Shown here: positions 19,101 to 29,000 of the stretch, one piece after another
How the letters are laid out: the number at the start of each line of letters is the position of its first letter
How positions within the stretch are numbered: position 1 is the first letter of the stretch
Virus record (IMG/VR): IMGVR_UViG_3300028887_000067
Location: 160,001 to 224,000 of that record
Strand: one strand, 5' to 3'
Source: a virus
Lineage: Duplodnaviria > Caudoviricetes
DNA length: 64,000 nt
The notes under the pieces: model-generated
What the model saw: the letters and a program-made list of their open reading frames with translations, nothing else
Databases searched by the model: none
Told to the model about the DNA's origin: nothing
Translations under genes and position numbers: made by a program

Positions 19101-21191
19101 GGCGACTTCGCCACCTCTGCACAGGGTGCCAAGGCTGATTCGGCATATCAGAAGCCATCCGGTGGCATTCCCGATACTGACCTCAGTTCTGGGGTACAAG
19201 CGTCGCTTGGAAAGGCGGACACCGCTCTCCAGAGTCACCAGGACATCAGCGGTAAAGCCGATAAGGTAAGCGGTGCCACAAACGGCAACTTTGCCGGTCT
19301 CGATGCCAATGGCAACCTTACTGATTCGGGTAGCAAGGCCAGCGACTTCGCTACCGCTGCACAGGGTACCTTGGCCGATTCTGCATATCAGTTGCCCTCC
19401 GGCGGAATGCCGTCGACAGATATGGCTTCCGCAGTCCAGACATCATTGGGCAAGGCGGATTCCGCAATACAGGGTGTCAAGGTGAATAGCACGGCGCTGA
19501 CACCAGACGCTAACCACATTGTCGACATCACGATAAATAACGCAACAGTCACGATCGACATGGCCGGCACGGCATCATCGCCTAACCGATCTGTGGGCTC
19601 GTTCACGGTCGACCAGTCGGCTGCTAGTACGATTACTATTCCGACAGCCGTTTCCGCCATTCCGGAAGTCATCGACCAGAATAACGAAGTCGTTACGGCT
19701 GCGGTTCCCGCCCAGCCCGGCGTGCTAAGTTCTGGTGACAAGGAGAAGCTCGATGGCCTGTTCAACGTTACCGGCAGCTCCACCATCGCAATCGACCCCT
19801 CCACGCATGCGGTTAGCGCGATTGTTGGGCCGGACGGGGGCGTGGTAGCGGGTGCCAGTGGATTGATAGTCCAGCCGGACTTGGTTTCCAGGGTCGTATA
19901 CGTTGGTGCTGACTGCGTGTATAACGACAAGACGTTCTGGAGCGATTCCGCAACCGTAGATGGTATCATTGCTGATTATGCTAACCAGACTGTTACTGAC
20001 TATCGCGGCAACGGCGTACCTTTGGCTCGCTTCGTTGCCGAGTACGACAGCAATCGTTACCGCATCGCCAACATCGACGAGACTCCGGGCACGGTCGAAT
20101 ATAACAGGAAGATTGGTGGCCAGATCATCGACTTGATGCGAAGCGATTTCTGGATGTCCTCTCATCCGACCTACGATATCATCAAGTTCGACCAGGATAT
20201 GGACAAGCTGTTCGACTTGCTGATGACCGGCTCGCCCATGAATGCGTACTTGCTACTGAACGAGATGACCAGTACCGCATTCATCACTGACGCTCGCCGA
20301 GAGATGTATATGGACATGATCAAGGCGTACGACGCTTGGCCGTACACGGACAAGGATACCGCATACGCTGACTTCATGGCTGAACATGCGCTCGATCGGT
20401 TCGTACAGGTGTCGACTTCTTGGCCGCTTAATTCTTGGAACTCGTACCGTTACGTGATGGCCGGGACGAAGACAGCTACCGACAAGGTGATTTTCGTCCT
20501 TCGCCACGCGGAACGCGGTGACGACACAAGTGTGAATGGGGACATCAACTCGACGGGTGTGACGACTTGTACCACTATGGGTGAACAAGTACGTAATAAC
20601 GCCTCTTGGTCCAGCGGTGGCACAACTTACCGGATTGACAATTTCCCGGCGAACGATGCAACTTACTATTCTACAGAATACTTGAGGTGCAAGCATTCCG
20701 CCCAGGCATTCGCCGAAGCGCGTTATGATACCGACTTTGCCGCATCGGATTATAGCGGGATAACGGTCGAAGCCGATATGCTCAACCAGTACAGGTTCTT
20801 CTACCAGCCGGCATCTTCCGGTAATAGCGACCTGATTAGGAAGTATTCGGTTAACCCGTCGCAGTTGACTAGCTCGGAACTCAGCAATTACTTCGGGGTA
20901 AGCTCCGCCGCCGAGGCCCAGGAAAAGCTGTCCAACGACTACGTAAGAGTCTGCAAGGAAATCTTGAACAAATCGACGGCTAGGTTGAATATGTTCTACA
21001 CGCATGACTTCTTCACGTTGCCGCTGGCCGTAATGGCATCCAATAAGTATTTCGACTTCTCCGGTAACAGCAGTGCCGATAACCGAAACTGGATTAACTA
21101 TTGCGCTGGTATCGGTATGATTCTTCATCCAGACAATACATACGAAGTGCTGCCGGTGCGTGGTAAGAGTAACGGTACAATGACTATCTAA
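13122..21191 (+). CDS. Giant repeat-built tail fibre with C-terminal histidine phosphatase domain
   Basis: 2689 aa; recurring fibre modules (QVNSDWNA...ILNKP, ATVATSGSYxDL, HQDISGKADKV); C-terminal RHAER...RCKHSA...THD. Confidence 0.8.
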   Translation: MEITTHVLTSKQTLSTDQQHQARKNVQAVGAVKVDGSTTISPDPNNNDIVDLSGAFDTIQNAIENVRQVPTVQSSDNGKVLGVTDANGSIGWVESQVASQVNADWTATEGVAEILHKPDLSVYAQAADLSSVATSGSYNDLEDKPDLAGYAVKSEMSVTAGSGADVDKTTIQLKSGISATVLTTHQDVTGKADKVANATVGNLASLDSNGNLSDSGVASANLVHDGSYVHTDNNYTNADKTKLEGIASGAEVNIQSDWNQTDDTADDFIKNKPEIPAAQVKADWNASGTVAEILNKPTIPTVDQAFDATSTNAQSGVAVSGAVSGKYEKPSGGIPATDLESAVQTSLGKSDSAIQGVKVNHSLLTPDADKVVDVVVDEVPTVTSTDNGKVLKASYNNGVASYAWQSEGGGSQSVVDQHYSASSTNAQSGTAVAEAIGTVRQVPSTQSSDENKVLGVTDANGTLGWVTPAASQVNADWNATSGAAEILNKPSLAAVATSGAYSDLSGTPDLSNYVTDASYVHTDNNYTNADKNKLAGIAAGAEVNVQSDWNQTDDTADDFIKNKPTIPSFNQTQMDAIDSGITSAKVDGYDRHVSDTDVHVTTSDKTAWNAKYDKPSGGIPKADMADAVQTSLGKADTALQEHQDISGKADKSEMSVVAGTGTNADKTTITLKSGTSATVLTSHQDISGKQDVISDLSDIRSGASAGATAVQPGDLATVATSGSYSDLSNKPTIPAAQVNSDWNASSGVAEILNKPSLSAVATSGSYTDLTDTPSIPAAQVNSDWDASSGVAQILNKPSLATVATSGDYDDLTNKPLIPDAQVNSDWNASSGVAEILNKPTLATVATSGDYDDLTNKPSIPAAQVNSDWDAFSGVAQILNKPTLAAVATSGSYNDLSNKPTIPAAQVQSDWEQDDSSEVDYIKNKPSLASVATSGSYNDLTNKPTIPAAQVNSDWNASSGVAEILNKPSIPSVDQSYGSSSTNAQSGTAVAEAIGTVRQVPSTQSSDNGKVLGVTDTSGSLGWVDQPADELPSITGNGGKVLKVNAGATAVEWDDETDTTYESKTAAESGTDVSLVTTGEKYTWDHKQDALSFDGTYTASSNKVATESTVSSAVQALDAEVTSSDGTNVQVKVTEANGKVTAVNITTDNTESKSNKKQSIDSTSETEYPSSKAVANFVNSSVATATARFLGSFTLTNLGLSYGATNAQIATALDNHTWPSGTTPTNNDYVYVEIQDPQTTGIDDEVRRFKFNGTVWAYEYTLNNSSFTAAEKAAIDSGITATAVSNYNTHIDDTDIHVTSSDKSDWNAKYDLPSGGIPSTDLSSDVQTSLGKADTALQSHQDISGKADKVSGATSGNFAALDGNGNLVDSNSKASDFATSAQGTKADSAIQEIKVNGSSQSPDANKVIDITVPAAQVNSDWNASSGVAEILNKPNLGLYAEKSEMSVTAGTGTDADKTTIQLKTGLTATVLTAHQDISGKQDTISDLQTIREGASAGATAYQKPSGGIPDTDLSSSVQTSLGKADTALQSHQDISGKADKVSGATNGNFAGLDSNGNLTDSGSKAGDFATAAQGGKADTAVQPGDLATVATSGSYTDLSNTPDLSDYVLSSSLATVATSGSYTDLSNTPDIPTVDQTYDGTSANAQSGVAVASVISDKADKVSGATNGNFAGLDSNGNLTDSGSKAGDFATSAQGAKADSAYQKPSGGIPDTDLSSGVQASLGKADTAVQPGNLATVATSGSYTDLSNTPDLSGYALSSSLATVATSGDYNDLDNLPTIPTVDQSYDASSVNAQSGVAVASAISDKADKVSSATNGNFAGLDSNGNLTDSGSKASDFATAAQGAKADSAYQKPSGGIPDTDLSSSVQTSLGKADTALQSHQDISGKADKVSGATNGNFAGLDSSGNLTDSGSKASDFATAAQGTLADSAYQKPSGGIPDTDLSSGVQASLAKADTALQSHQDISGKADKVSGATNGNFAGLDSNGNLTDSGSKAGDFATSAQGAKADSAYQKPSGGIPDTDLSSGVQASLGKADTALQSHQDISGKADKVSGATNGNFAGLDANGNLTDSGSKASDFATAAQGTLADSAYQLPSGGMPSTDMASAVQTSLGKADSAIQGVKVNSTALTPDANHIVDITINNATVTIDMAGTASSPNRSVGSFTVDQSAASTITIPTAVSAIPEVIDQNNEVVTAAVPAQPGVLSSGDKEKLDGLFNVTGSSTIAIDPSTHAVSAIVGPDGGVVAGASGLIVQPDLVSRVVYVGADCVYNDKTFWSDSATVDGIIADYANQTVTDYRGNGVPLARFVAEYDSNRYRIANIDETPGTVEYNRKIGGQIIDLMRSDFWMSSHPTYDIIKFDQDMDKLFDLLMTGSPMNAYLLLNEMTSTAFITDARREMYMDMIKAYDAWPYTDKDTAYADFMAEHALDRFVQVSTSWPLNSWNSYRYVMAGTKTATDKVIFVLRHAERGDDTSVNGDINSTGVTTCTTMGEQVRNNASWSSGGTTYRIDNFPANDATYYSTEYLRCKHSAQAFAEARYDTDFAASDYSGITVEADMLNQYRFFYQPASSGNSDLIRKYSVNPSQLTSSELSNYFGVSSAAEAQEKLSNDYVRVCKEILNKSTARLNMFYTHDFFTLPLAVMASNKYFDFSGNSSADNRNWINYCAGIGMILHPDNTYEVLPVRGKSNGTMTI
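15321..16030 (+). repeat. Intragenic tandem repeat, 126-bp (42-aa) unit, about 6 copies
   Basis: Unit starts at 15321, 15447, 15573, 15699, 15825 and 15957 (one 132-bp variant). Confidence 0.9.
18530..19390 (+). repeat. Intragenic tandem repeat, 240-bp (80-aa) unit, about 3.5 near-identical copies; further partial copies at 17.1-18.3 kb
   Basis: KADKVSGATNGNFAGLDSNGNLTDSGSKA...HQDISG recurs with a 240-bp period. Confidence 0.9.
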
Positions 21192-21212
21192 TTAATCCAT
21201 AATACATCAAAT

Positions 21213-21236
21213 CTCGGACATCCGTCCGGGTTTTTT
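21213..21236 (+). terminator. Terminator after the tail fibre gene
   Basis: CTCGGAC-ATCC-GTCCGGG followed by T6. Confidence 0.7.
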
Positions 21237-21250
21237 GCTATATTTCGAAT

Positions 21251-21499
21251 ATGGCAAGAAAGATACCTGAATGGCCCCGCGACAGGCCGTATTTCTACGA
21301 CGGAAATTCCTATTTCTCCGATAAGGGAGGAAAGCCGTGCCGCTCCGTCGAGGACGCCTACCGGGAGCGGTACAAGGCCGAAATAGCAGCTGGCCGGATG
21401 CCGGAGAATCCAAGTTACGGGTACGTGTCCGGTTACGTGGCCGTGCTCGGCCTGTGCTTCGTCATATATCTGATACTATCTTATTTTGCAGGAGGTTGA
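21251..21499 (+). CDS. Small membrane protein (probably leaderless)
   Basis: C-terminal hydrophobic helix; TGCTATATT 6 nt before the ATG. Confidence 0.65.
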   Translation: MARKIPEWPRDRPYFYDGNSYFSDKGGKPCRSVEDAYRERYKAEIAAGRMPENPSYGYVSGYVAVLGLCFVIYLILSYFAGG

Positions 21500-21500
21500 T

Positions 21501-22163
21501 ATGGAAGCGCCAGAAGAGCTTCAAACCGCCATAGTGGACTATACCTTTTCGCTCCGGCATCATGAGCCGTTCAAGAAAATGCCGAAGGACGACCTGTACT
21601 ACACGCTGAAGAATATGAAGAACAGGGACGAGGACGAGGAACGCATGTTCCAGGGTGTCGTTAAGTTGCGCCAATCGGTGGATGATTTCAACGAAACCAT
21701 TCGCGCTACCCTGAAGGCGAAGCTCGACAGGGCGACAGGGATTGTCAAGGGAATGTTCGTCGGGAAGTTCGTCACGTACAACTACCGAAACAGGGACATC
21801 GAGAGCGAAGACATGGACTATATCTTCGTCAAGGACGTAGAAGTCGGGCCATGGGGTGGAGGGACTCCCCATTTCCTGCTGAAAGGCCCGTCAGTGCGCA
21901 TTACATTCGGCTATCGTCCGCAAGGCCATACCATGCAGTTCGACCCGAACCGCATCGTGCCGTTCGTGCCGACCACTGTGCCGACCACCGCGCCGAACGC
22001 GAATGCCGTAAAGGAGGCCGTCCGGAACTTCACCCTGGTCAGGTACAGCACCGAGAATGACTTCTTCAACCGGTCGAAGCTGCTGATAGATTCCATATGC
22101 AAGGCGTATGATGAAATGAGGACTACACTGGTACAGATAGCACACGAGGATAAACATGGTTGA
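21501..22163 (+). CDS. Hypothetical protein
   Basis: SD GGAGG then ATG 21501; ~220 aa. Confidence 0.7.
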   Translation: MEAPEELQTAIVDYTFSLRHHEPFKKMPKDDLYYTLKNMKNRDEDEERMFQGVVKLRQSVDDFNETIRATLKAKLDRATGIVKGMFVGKFVTYNYRNRDIESEDMDYIFVKDVEVGPWGGGTPHFLLKGPSVRITFGYRPQGHTMQFDPNRIVPFVPTTVPTTAPNANAVKEAVRNFTLVRYSTENDFFNRSKLLIDSICKAYDEMRTTLVQIAHEDKHG

Positions 22164-22602
22164 AGAACTCAAGAAGACGCCCGTAGCCAAGACGGACAAC
22201 GATGTAAAGAATCTGTTCGGACAGTTGGACGACCTCAAGAAACAGATTGCTGATGTCGTGGTGAGGAAAGCTGCCGAAAAATTCGAAGAAAAGTGGGTTC
22301 ACGTTAAATGTTGCGACATTCATAGATATTATCACGTAAAGCAGCTGACGAGAGTGAACTTTAGCAGCTACATCACGGAAGGACACGACCCCGAGATATA
22401 TTGCGTGTGTGACTGCGAGTTCTCGTTCACGTATCGTGACGGTCTCGCCCTGTACCGTCAGGAGGTTACCAATTCGCTCGAGCTCGGCCCAAAGACGAAG
22501 GTATGTACTGACGAAGAGGTGCGTGACGAGCTCAAACGGTTCCGGAAGGAGATGGACAGCGCGGTCACCGAAATGATGGACAAATTCACGACAAAGAAAT
22601 AG
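22156..22602 (+). CDS. Hypothetical protein
   Basis: 148-aa ORF overlapping the previous stop, with SD GAGGA. Confidence 0.7.
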   Translation: MVEELKKTPVAKTDNDVKNLFGQLDDLKKQIADVVVRKAAEKFEEKWVHVKCCDIHRYYHVKQLTRVNFSSYITEGHDPEIYCVCDCEFSFTYRDGLALYRQEVTNSLELGPKTKVCTDEEVRDELKRFRKEMDSAVTEMMDKFTTKK

Positions 22603-22627
22603 CCGCTGTTGCGGCCAGTTTGCACAG

Positions 22628-22659
22628 AAACACACGCGGTGGTCGCCGCGTGTTTTTCG
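22628..22659. terminator. Bidirectional terminator
   Basis: AAACACACGCGG-TGGTCG-CCGCGTGTTTTT between convergent genes. Confidence 0.7.
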
Positions 22660-22672
22660 TATGGGCGGAAAA

Positions 22673-23071
22673 TTACTTCTTGTCGCCGGCCTGTTCGGCC
22701 TTGGTTTCCTCGACCTTGACCTCTTCCTTCACGTTCTCGGCCTTAGATTCCTCCTTGGCCTTGTCTTTGTGGTGGAAATGGGGTCCGAAGGCTTCGCGGT
22801 GCCGGCGGATGCCTTCCTTCCGGAGTTCATCGAAGTTCTTCCGGAACGTCTCCTGGCGCTTCAGTAGACCCTCGATGAAGGTACTGACCTTCTCCTTGTC
22901 GACGGGTTTCTTGGTGCCGTCCTTGTCTACGGTTTCGAGAGGGACCTTACCCGATTTTAGGGCTTTGTCGACACCCTTGAGAGCCTTCCGGAAGATGGAA
23001 TCGAAGAGAGCCTTGTTGACGGCCTTGCGTTCCTCGGCGGTAATCCGCTTTTTAGGTTGCTGATTTTGCAT
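22673..23071 (-). CDS. Hypothetical Lys/Glu-rich protein
   Basis: SD CAGGAG before MQNQQPKK at 23071. Confidence 0.65.
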   Translation of the reverse strand: MQNQQPKKRITAEERKAVNKALFDSIFRKALKGVDKALKSGKVPLETVDKDGTKKPVDKEKVSTFIEGLLKRQETFRKNFDELRKEGIRRHREAFGPHFHHKDKAKEESKAENVKEEVKVEETKAEQAGDKK

Positions 23072-23097
23072 ATTATACTCCTGTTTAAACTTGTTTA

Positions 23098-26000
23098 TCA
23101 TTCGACTATGTCTCCAGAATTTGACTCAGGCAAGTCCGGCGGTTCCATGAACATACCGCCATTCGCAACTTTCCTGAGTTCGAATGTTGGGCCGACCAGT
23201 TCGAGTATGTACGTCTCGCCAGTCGATATGGTTCCAATCTCCGTGTCATTGAGGTAGATCGTGATTGGAACATTAGTTGAATCAAGGATTGTGATGTTGC
23301 CGCCATCATTGTCGAAGCACCCAACTTTATTATTGGAGATATAGAGCTTGGATTCCGGCAATACACGGGACATCGTACCATCGCCTTCCACATGTACATA
23401 TATTTCATTAATATTGGAAGGAATACCCGAAGGTGGAACGGGTGCCTCACCGACCACGAAGGTTGCGGATACGTTGCCGTCCTCGATTGTGACTGGATCG
23501 GAGTCGGTGTAGTTTTCGATGTTCAATACGTTGACCGAATTGGTGCGGATGTCTATGTCATACTCAGCAGCAATGGCATAGTATTCTCGTTCAATGGGAT
23601 CGCCTTCACCTGGGTTGGGAATGGTTTCATATGTTGACACCAAGGTTTCCGTAATCAATTCATCAAAGGACTTGGACTGGGGCGTTGGCCACTCGACTGC
23701 GTCAGTGTACAGCCCGATCGAATACGGGGTTTCGAACAATGCCGCCGTATTGTTATTGATCTCGACCTCTTCATTGTCATTATTGCTGTAAAGGAATATT
23801 TGGGCCATCGAGCAACGTTCGATGCCGTGCCGACCAATTTCAAAACTAGTAAAAGAGACTGTTGGCTCATGTGAACTATCAGCATTGTTTTCATAGAGTT
23901 GGTATGCTGTCGTATCGTCCTTATAATCAATGGTGAGCATATTCTTGGTCAATGCCATGAACACAAACTCTGCCGATAGATCTGCAGTCTCGTAGTAATT
24001 GCCAACAAAATCATCTTCCGTATATTGTAATGAGTAAGCCCAGAAGTGATTGCGATAGAAATATATCGGATCCAATAGGCGGTAGTAATACGAAGAATCG
24101 CTGTACCATTCGTCATTTTTTGCATCCATGGTCAGCCGAGGAACGTACGAGAGCACGGTAGCGAACAATCCGATCTCGGCAACCAGGTAATATTTAACCG
24201 TGACTGTTAAATTCGGACCGGATGATGTTTGCGCCTTGCTTGTGCTGGAGCGACCTTGCAAAGTTGAGTTAACCGGGGCGGAATACGAATTAATCAGTTC
24301 CTCCGATTCAGCAATAGCAAAGATGGATTCATTTTTTACCGACGCATCCACTACCTTGAACCGTATGGTTTTACCACCAAAATAAGGATACCATGGCGGC
24401 ATAAAGTCATTGATGTCGGTAATGTAATCATTGTTTAAACTAGCACTCCTTAGTTCTTCACTAACCTTGTATTCGAGATATACATCGATGCCCTGTGGGG
24501 CAAACCATTCATAGTTCTTGATGGCGTCCTCGATAGTATTGACGTACACTGCACGAGTCTCTGTTGCCACTATCTTCCATTCGACCGGCTCGGCACCCTC
24601 GACTCGGTTGGCTTCCCAGTCTGGAGTAATCGGGTCGGTGTCGGTTATCTGCTCCGGTTCCGGATTAACCGATTCGTCCTCGCTGAATACGAAATTGCAC
24701 AACGGGACGCAGTTGTAGCTGAATGGAACCGACACATTCTCGTTAGTGTCCGAGTCCTTCTTGACCTTGGAGCCGATGGACATGATGTTCTTCGTGTCCG
24801 GCATCAGGCTGCAAGAGAATATTTCATACGGCGGCTTCTCCGTTGGCGGTTCTTCGGCTTCGCCATAGTCATACACGGAAACCAACAAACTGTGGAAACC
24901 GTCGTAGACGAACGATACGCCTTCATCAAATTCGAGAGTCAACCAGTGCTTTTCGCCGAGGTCATTCTTCTTGGATCGAGCCTCGAACAATACATTGCCA
25001 TCGAACACCAAGTTACTTGTAGTCGGCGGTTCGACAGAATCTGTCTTGCTGGTGAACGCAGTGTAGTGCGTGTACCGAATATATGCCTTGAGATGCCGAG
25101 TCATGCTACGGTATCCGTAATCACTGGTGTCCCAGTAAGGCGAGTAGTAGAATCGAATTCCAGTGATAAGTCCGCCACGCTGGATATACTCGGCGGGATA
25201 TATCATGTGCGATTCGGAGACCGGAGAAGCGTTCCAAACGGCGTCAGTGGAGTTGACCGGAAGAGGTCCATAGTGACCGGTGTTTCCAGAACCCTCGTCT
25301 GGTACTTCGCTTGCTGTGGTGTCGTATCGGACACCGTCCGCGAATGTTAATGTTATGGTTGGTGCGCCATCCTTTAAGGAGAGCGTGCCAACGGTGGCAA
25401 AATTATCCGGATCGCACGGATCCAGATAGCCACTGTCGCTTACTACGCACAACGATGAGCTATGCGGATCTTCAGAATCCGATGGGGTATAGTAAAATTC
25501 TGGTGCCATTCCACTGATAGCATCATTGCCACCATCTTCGATCACGACAAGGAGATTATCTTCGCCGTTGTATTCGAATGTGGTAGGGGTAATCGTCTGT
25601 GTATTATCATCAAGCGTATTAATCGAGATGTCTATTGTCGTTTTTGGCACGTAGTTCAGCTTTCCGTAATATACGCAATCACTCCAAGATACGAGTGGGT
25701 CACTTGCCAACATACTTAATGTGATGTTGTCGGGGAAATAGTCAACTGCTGCTGGAAGCGTTTTCAGATATACATATACTTCGCGAGTACATTCCGTTCC
25801 TTCGTCACAATAGAATTTGATTGATGATATTTTGCCAGCACATTTTATATCACTGGCTTTTATTATGTGATATGAAACCGAGTACGACTTGCCTTCTATA
25901 CCGAATATGCGGTCATCAGCCCTGCCTGAGTTCTTGTCACCAATGGTAATCGGCAACTCATATTTCGGCACAGAATATGGTTCATTGTAGCCAAATGTAA

Positions 26001-29000
26001 TATTTGCTACACCGTACTGCGCCGTCATTGTAGGATTGGGTTCTGGATCTGGCGGGATTTGAATTTGTTCGCCACCAATGATTGAACAGCGTTGATTTGT
26101 ATAGGAACCGTCCGTTTTGTAGAAGAACGTCGGCAATTCGCTTCGCACTATGGTCGGGTCATACTTAACACTGATAATAACTACTAGCAGATTGCCGTAA
26201 CCGCTATATTCAACGGCGGACTGTTCTGGCTCAGCATCATCATCGAGAAGGTTAATCTTGGTTACTGGAATCTTTACGGTACCATACGGCAAGAATCTGA
26301 CCACTCCACTATATATGAGATCGTCAATGTCCCAATCAAAGTAATCCTCGAAGGCTGACAAGCTAATTGGTTCATCGGGAAATTCTTCAAACTCTCTGCT
26401 AATTTCCTTCACTACTACTTGAATGACATAATCATCGGCGGTACCGGGTCCGCAATGGAATTTCAAGGAGGTAATTTTACCCGGCGTGAGATCTTCGCTA
26501 TGATATACCTGTGCGGCAACGGAGAAGTTGTTGCCATCGTATTCGAATATTCTGTTGTCGAATGTTTCGCTCTCCGGTCCGGTGTCTCCCTCGATCGGTA
26601 CGTACTCCGGCACGTTCTCGGTGTTCTCTACACCGACCAAGTCGATGGTGGAGCCATCGCCGGCACCTATGCGCATCTGTACGGCCTTCTTTCCGTCGTA
26701 CACGGTAGGTACCACTTCTCCGTGCAGTTCCCAAGAGCGCATTGCCGTGTCGCCGGAATCCTGCTCGGTGCTCGCCGACTTTATTTCACCATCAGTGGTT
26801 TCGGTGGAAGAAACATCTACAACTGCGGATACGCTCGGTACGTTCTCATAGAGCACGCCCTTGCCGAGCACGGCGGCCTTGTACACTTCGTTGAAGGAAG
26901 TACCTTCGTTGATTTTGACGTAAGAGCGTAGGAAATCGGTGTCAATTTGCTCAACGCTGAGCTTGGTGCGGTTGAATACGCCGCCAACACCGGACCCAGT
27001 AACGCCGCCATCCTCGTCCTCGTCAGTGCGGAACGTGATTCCCGCCTTTACGTGGATGTTGGCGAGGTCATGCGGGAGGCCATCCAATACGCCAGCGCCC
27101 ATAGGGATTTCGGTCAGTCCATGCCACTCTAGTCCGTACAGTGGCACATATTTTTCGAACGCATTCTTGATTGCGTCGTCAGCGCCGTTGAACGTATTGG
27201 AAGATACGCTGGAGGTAATCCCAAGAACAAGCTCGACGAGCATCTCCACGTTGTAGTTACCTAGTGCGCGAATCAACAGTTCGGCTATCGCCGTGCCGAT
27301 CAGTCCACTGAAGTTCGAAACGTTAATGACCGATGCGGACGGGGTAGCACCGGCCACCTTGGCCAGACACTGTGTCGAATACAGCCGCTTCGCATCCTTG
27401 TCAAACTTGAGCAGGGATACCGGCCATCCTTTTTCCACAAGGTGATAGACGGCACGTTGGTTCAATACGGTAGAGAAGCTCATCGTCATGTTGTTGATGA
27501 GTTGGAGAAGTTCCTTGATGCGGGTTACGCTGATTCCGATACCGAGCAAGTCGCCTATGGCGTCGATAAGTCCTTGAATATATTCCAGTCCCGGAATAGT
27601 ATCACCGAGTCGTTCAATCACATCCTCGATTTGCTCTACATACTCGATCAGTGTGTCAAGTTGGATACCGGTGTAGGCGTCACCTGAAATTGGTGCAAAT
27701 ATGTTCCATCCGTTAACGTCGACTATGAAACCCTTGTGCCGGTCAAATTCAATGTCGGTGTCTGGACCAAGAATGTCTTCCAATCCGGGAATTGTCGACA
27801 AGCGGCGATTAACATCCATGCCCACGGCAAAAAGATAGAATATGTCGTCATCACGTCCGAATGTGGCTTCGGATATGCCGGCCACCACGCCGGCCAACTG
27901 TTCTTGGTCGATTCCGAGCAAGTCTAGTATCGGATTAGCATTATCATTGTCGTTAGAATCATCGTCATTGTCTCCGCTCGGATCGTCACCGCTATCGGAG
28001 ATATCGCCATCACGGGTGGCTTCCAGACGGACAGAGCCGCCTTTATTGAGGCTTCCGCTATTCAGCGGTTCGATAGTCACGTCGCTGTTATCGGATTCCT
28101 CGGAACCGCCTATAAGGCCGCCGAGAATTCCGCCGATTCCAGATCCGCTTTCTCCGTTTCCAAGGCCGCTCAGCGTGTCCACGAGCTTGCCGCTGGTGAT
28201 GTTGCCCAGCGTCTCGATTACGCCTTCCAGGGTCGAAAGGTCCGCACCAGCATCCTTGAACGATGACAAGTCGACCGCGTACGTATTCGGGAGACCGATG
28301 GCCATGTAGCGCGGCGTGATGAAAGGCATGCTACGCTTGTAGGCGAGCCCTATACCGACACGGAGAAATCCGGCTAGGGTAATGTCAAGGTCGACTTCGT
28401 ACGGGAGCAAGGTATCATAGAGGACGCCTAAAATGGATGGAAGCACTTGGCCATAGATGTCATTTATCATGTCCTCGTAATTTTCGGCAACCCACTCGTC
28501 GTAGGTTTCTTCTACAGCCTTGCGCACAGAATCATCTGACAAGTCGGGAAGGTTATATTCACTGAAATCGAGGGTCGGGTCGGTCTCTGGGTTGTAAAAT
28601 TCATCGACATAATGATCAGCAAAATAATATACGACGAATTTTTCCAAAGTGAGCTGGCCGGTGATGAGCTTTACCGCATCGCCTTCCTCGAACGGGATGT
28701 AATTCGTCTGATATTCCGGTTCTTCCGTTATTGGTATGATCGTATTTGCTGGTGCGCGGTAGGCCATGTTGAACTGGTTCATCCGGTCGGAATATTTCTT
28801 GACAATCGTTTCCGGAATCTCGTCGAAGTAGTAACCCACCAAGTGACGGATATATTCGTCGGTGCTAGTGTAGTCCTTGATGACGTGCGGACGGCTGCTA
28901 CCAGTTAGGTCGGTGATGGACAGAAGGCCACCGGCGGAAGCGTCCTTGATCCAGCGGTCATAATCCATCTGGGCCTTGTCGCGTGTGGTGGGGTCGTCCA

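Noticed and set aside
15321-19390. Regular repeats considered as a CRISPR or other non-coding array
   Set aside because: Unit lengths are multiples of 3, lie in frame within the fibre gene, vary mostly synonymously and have no unique spacers.
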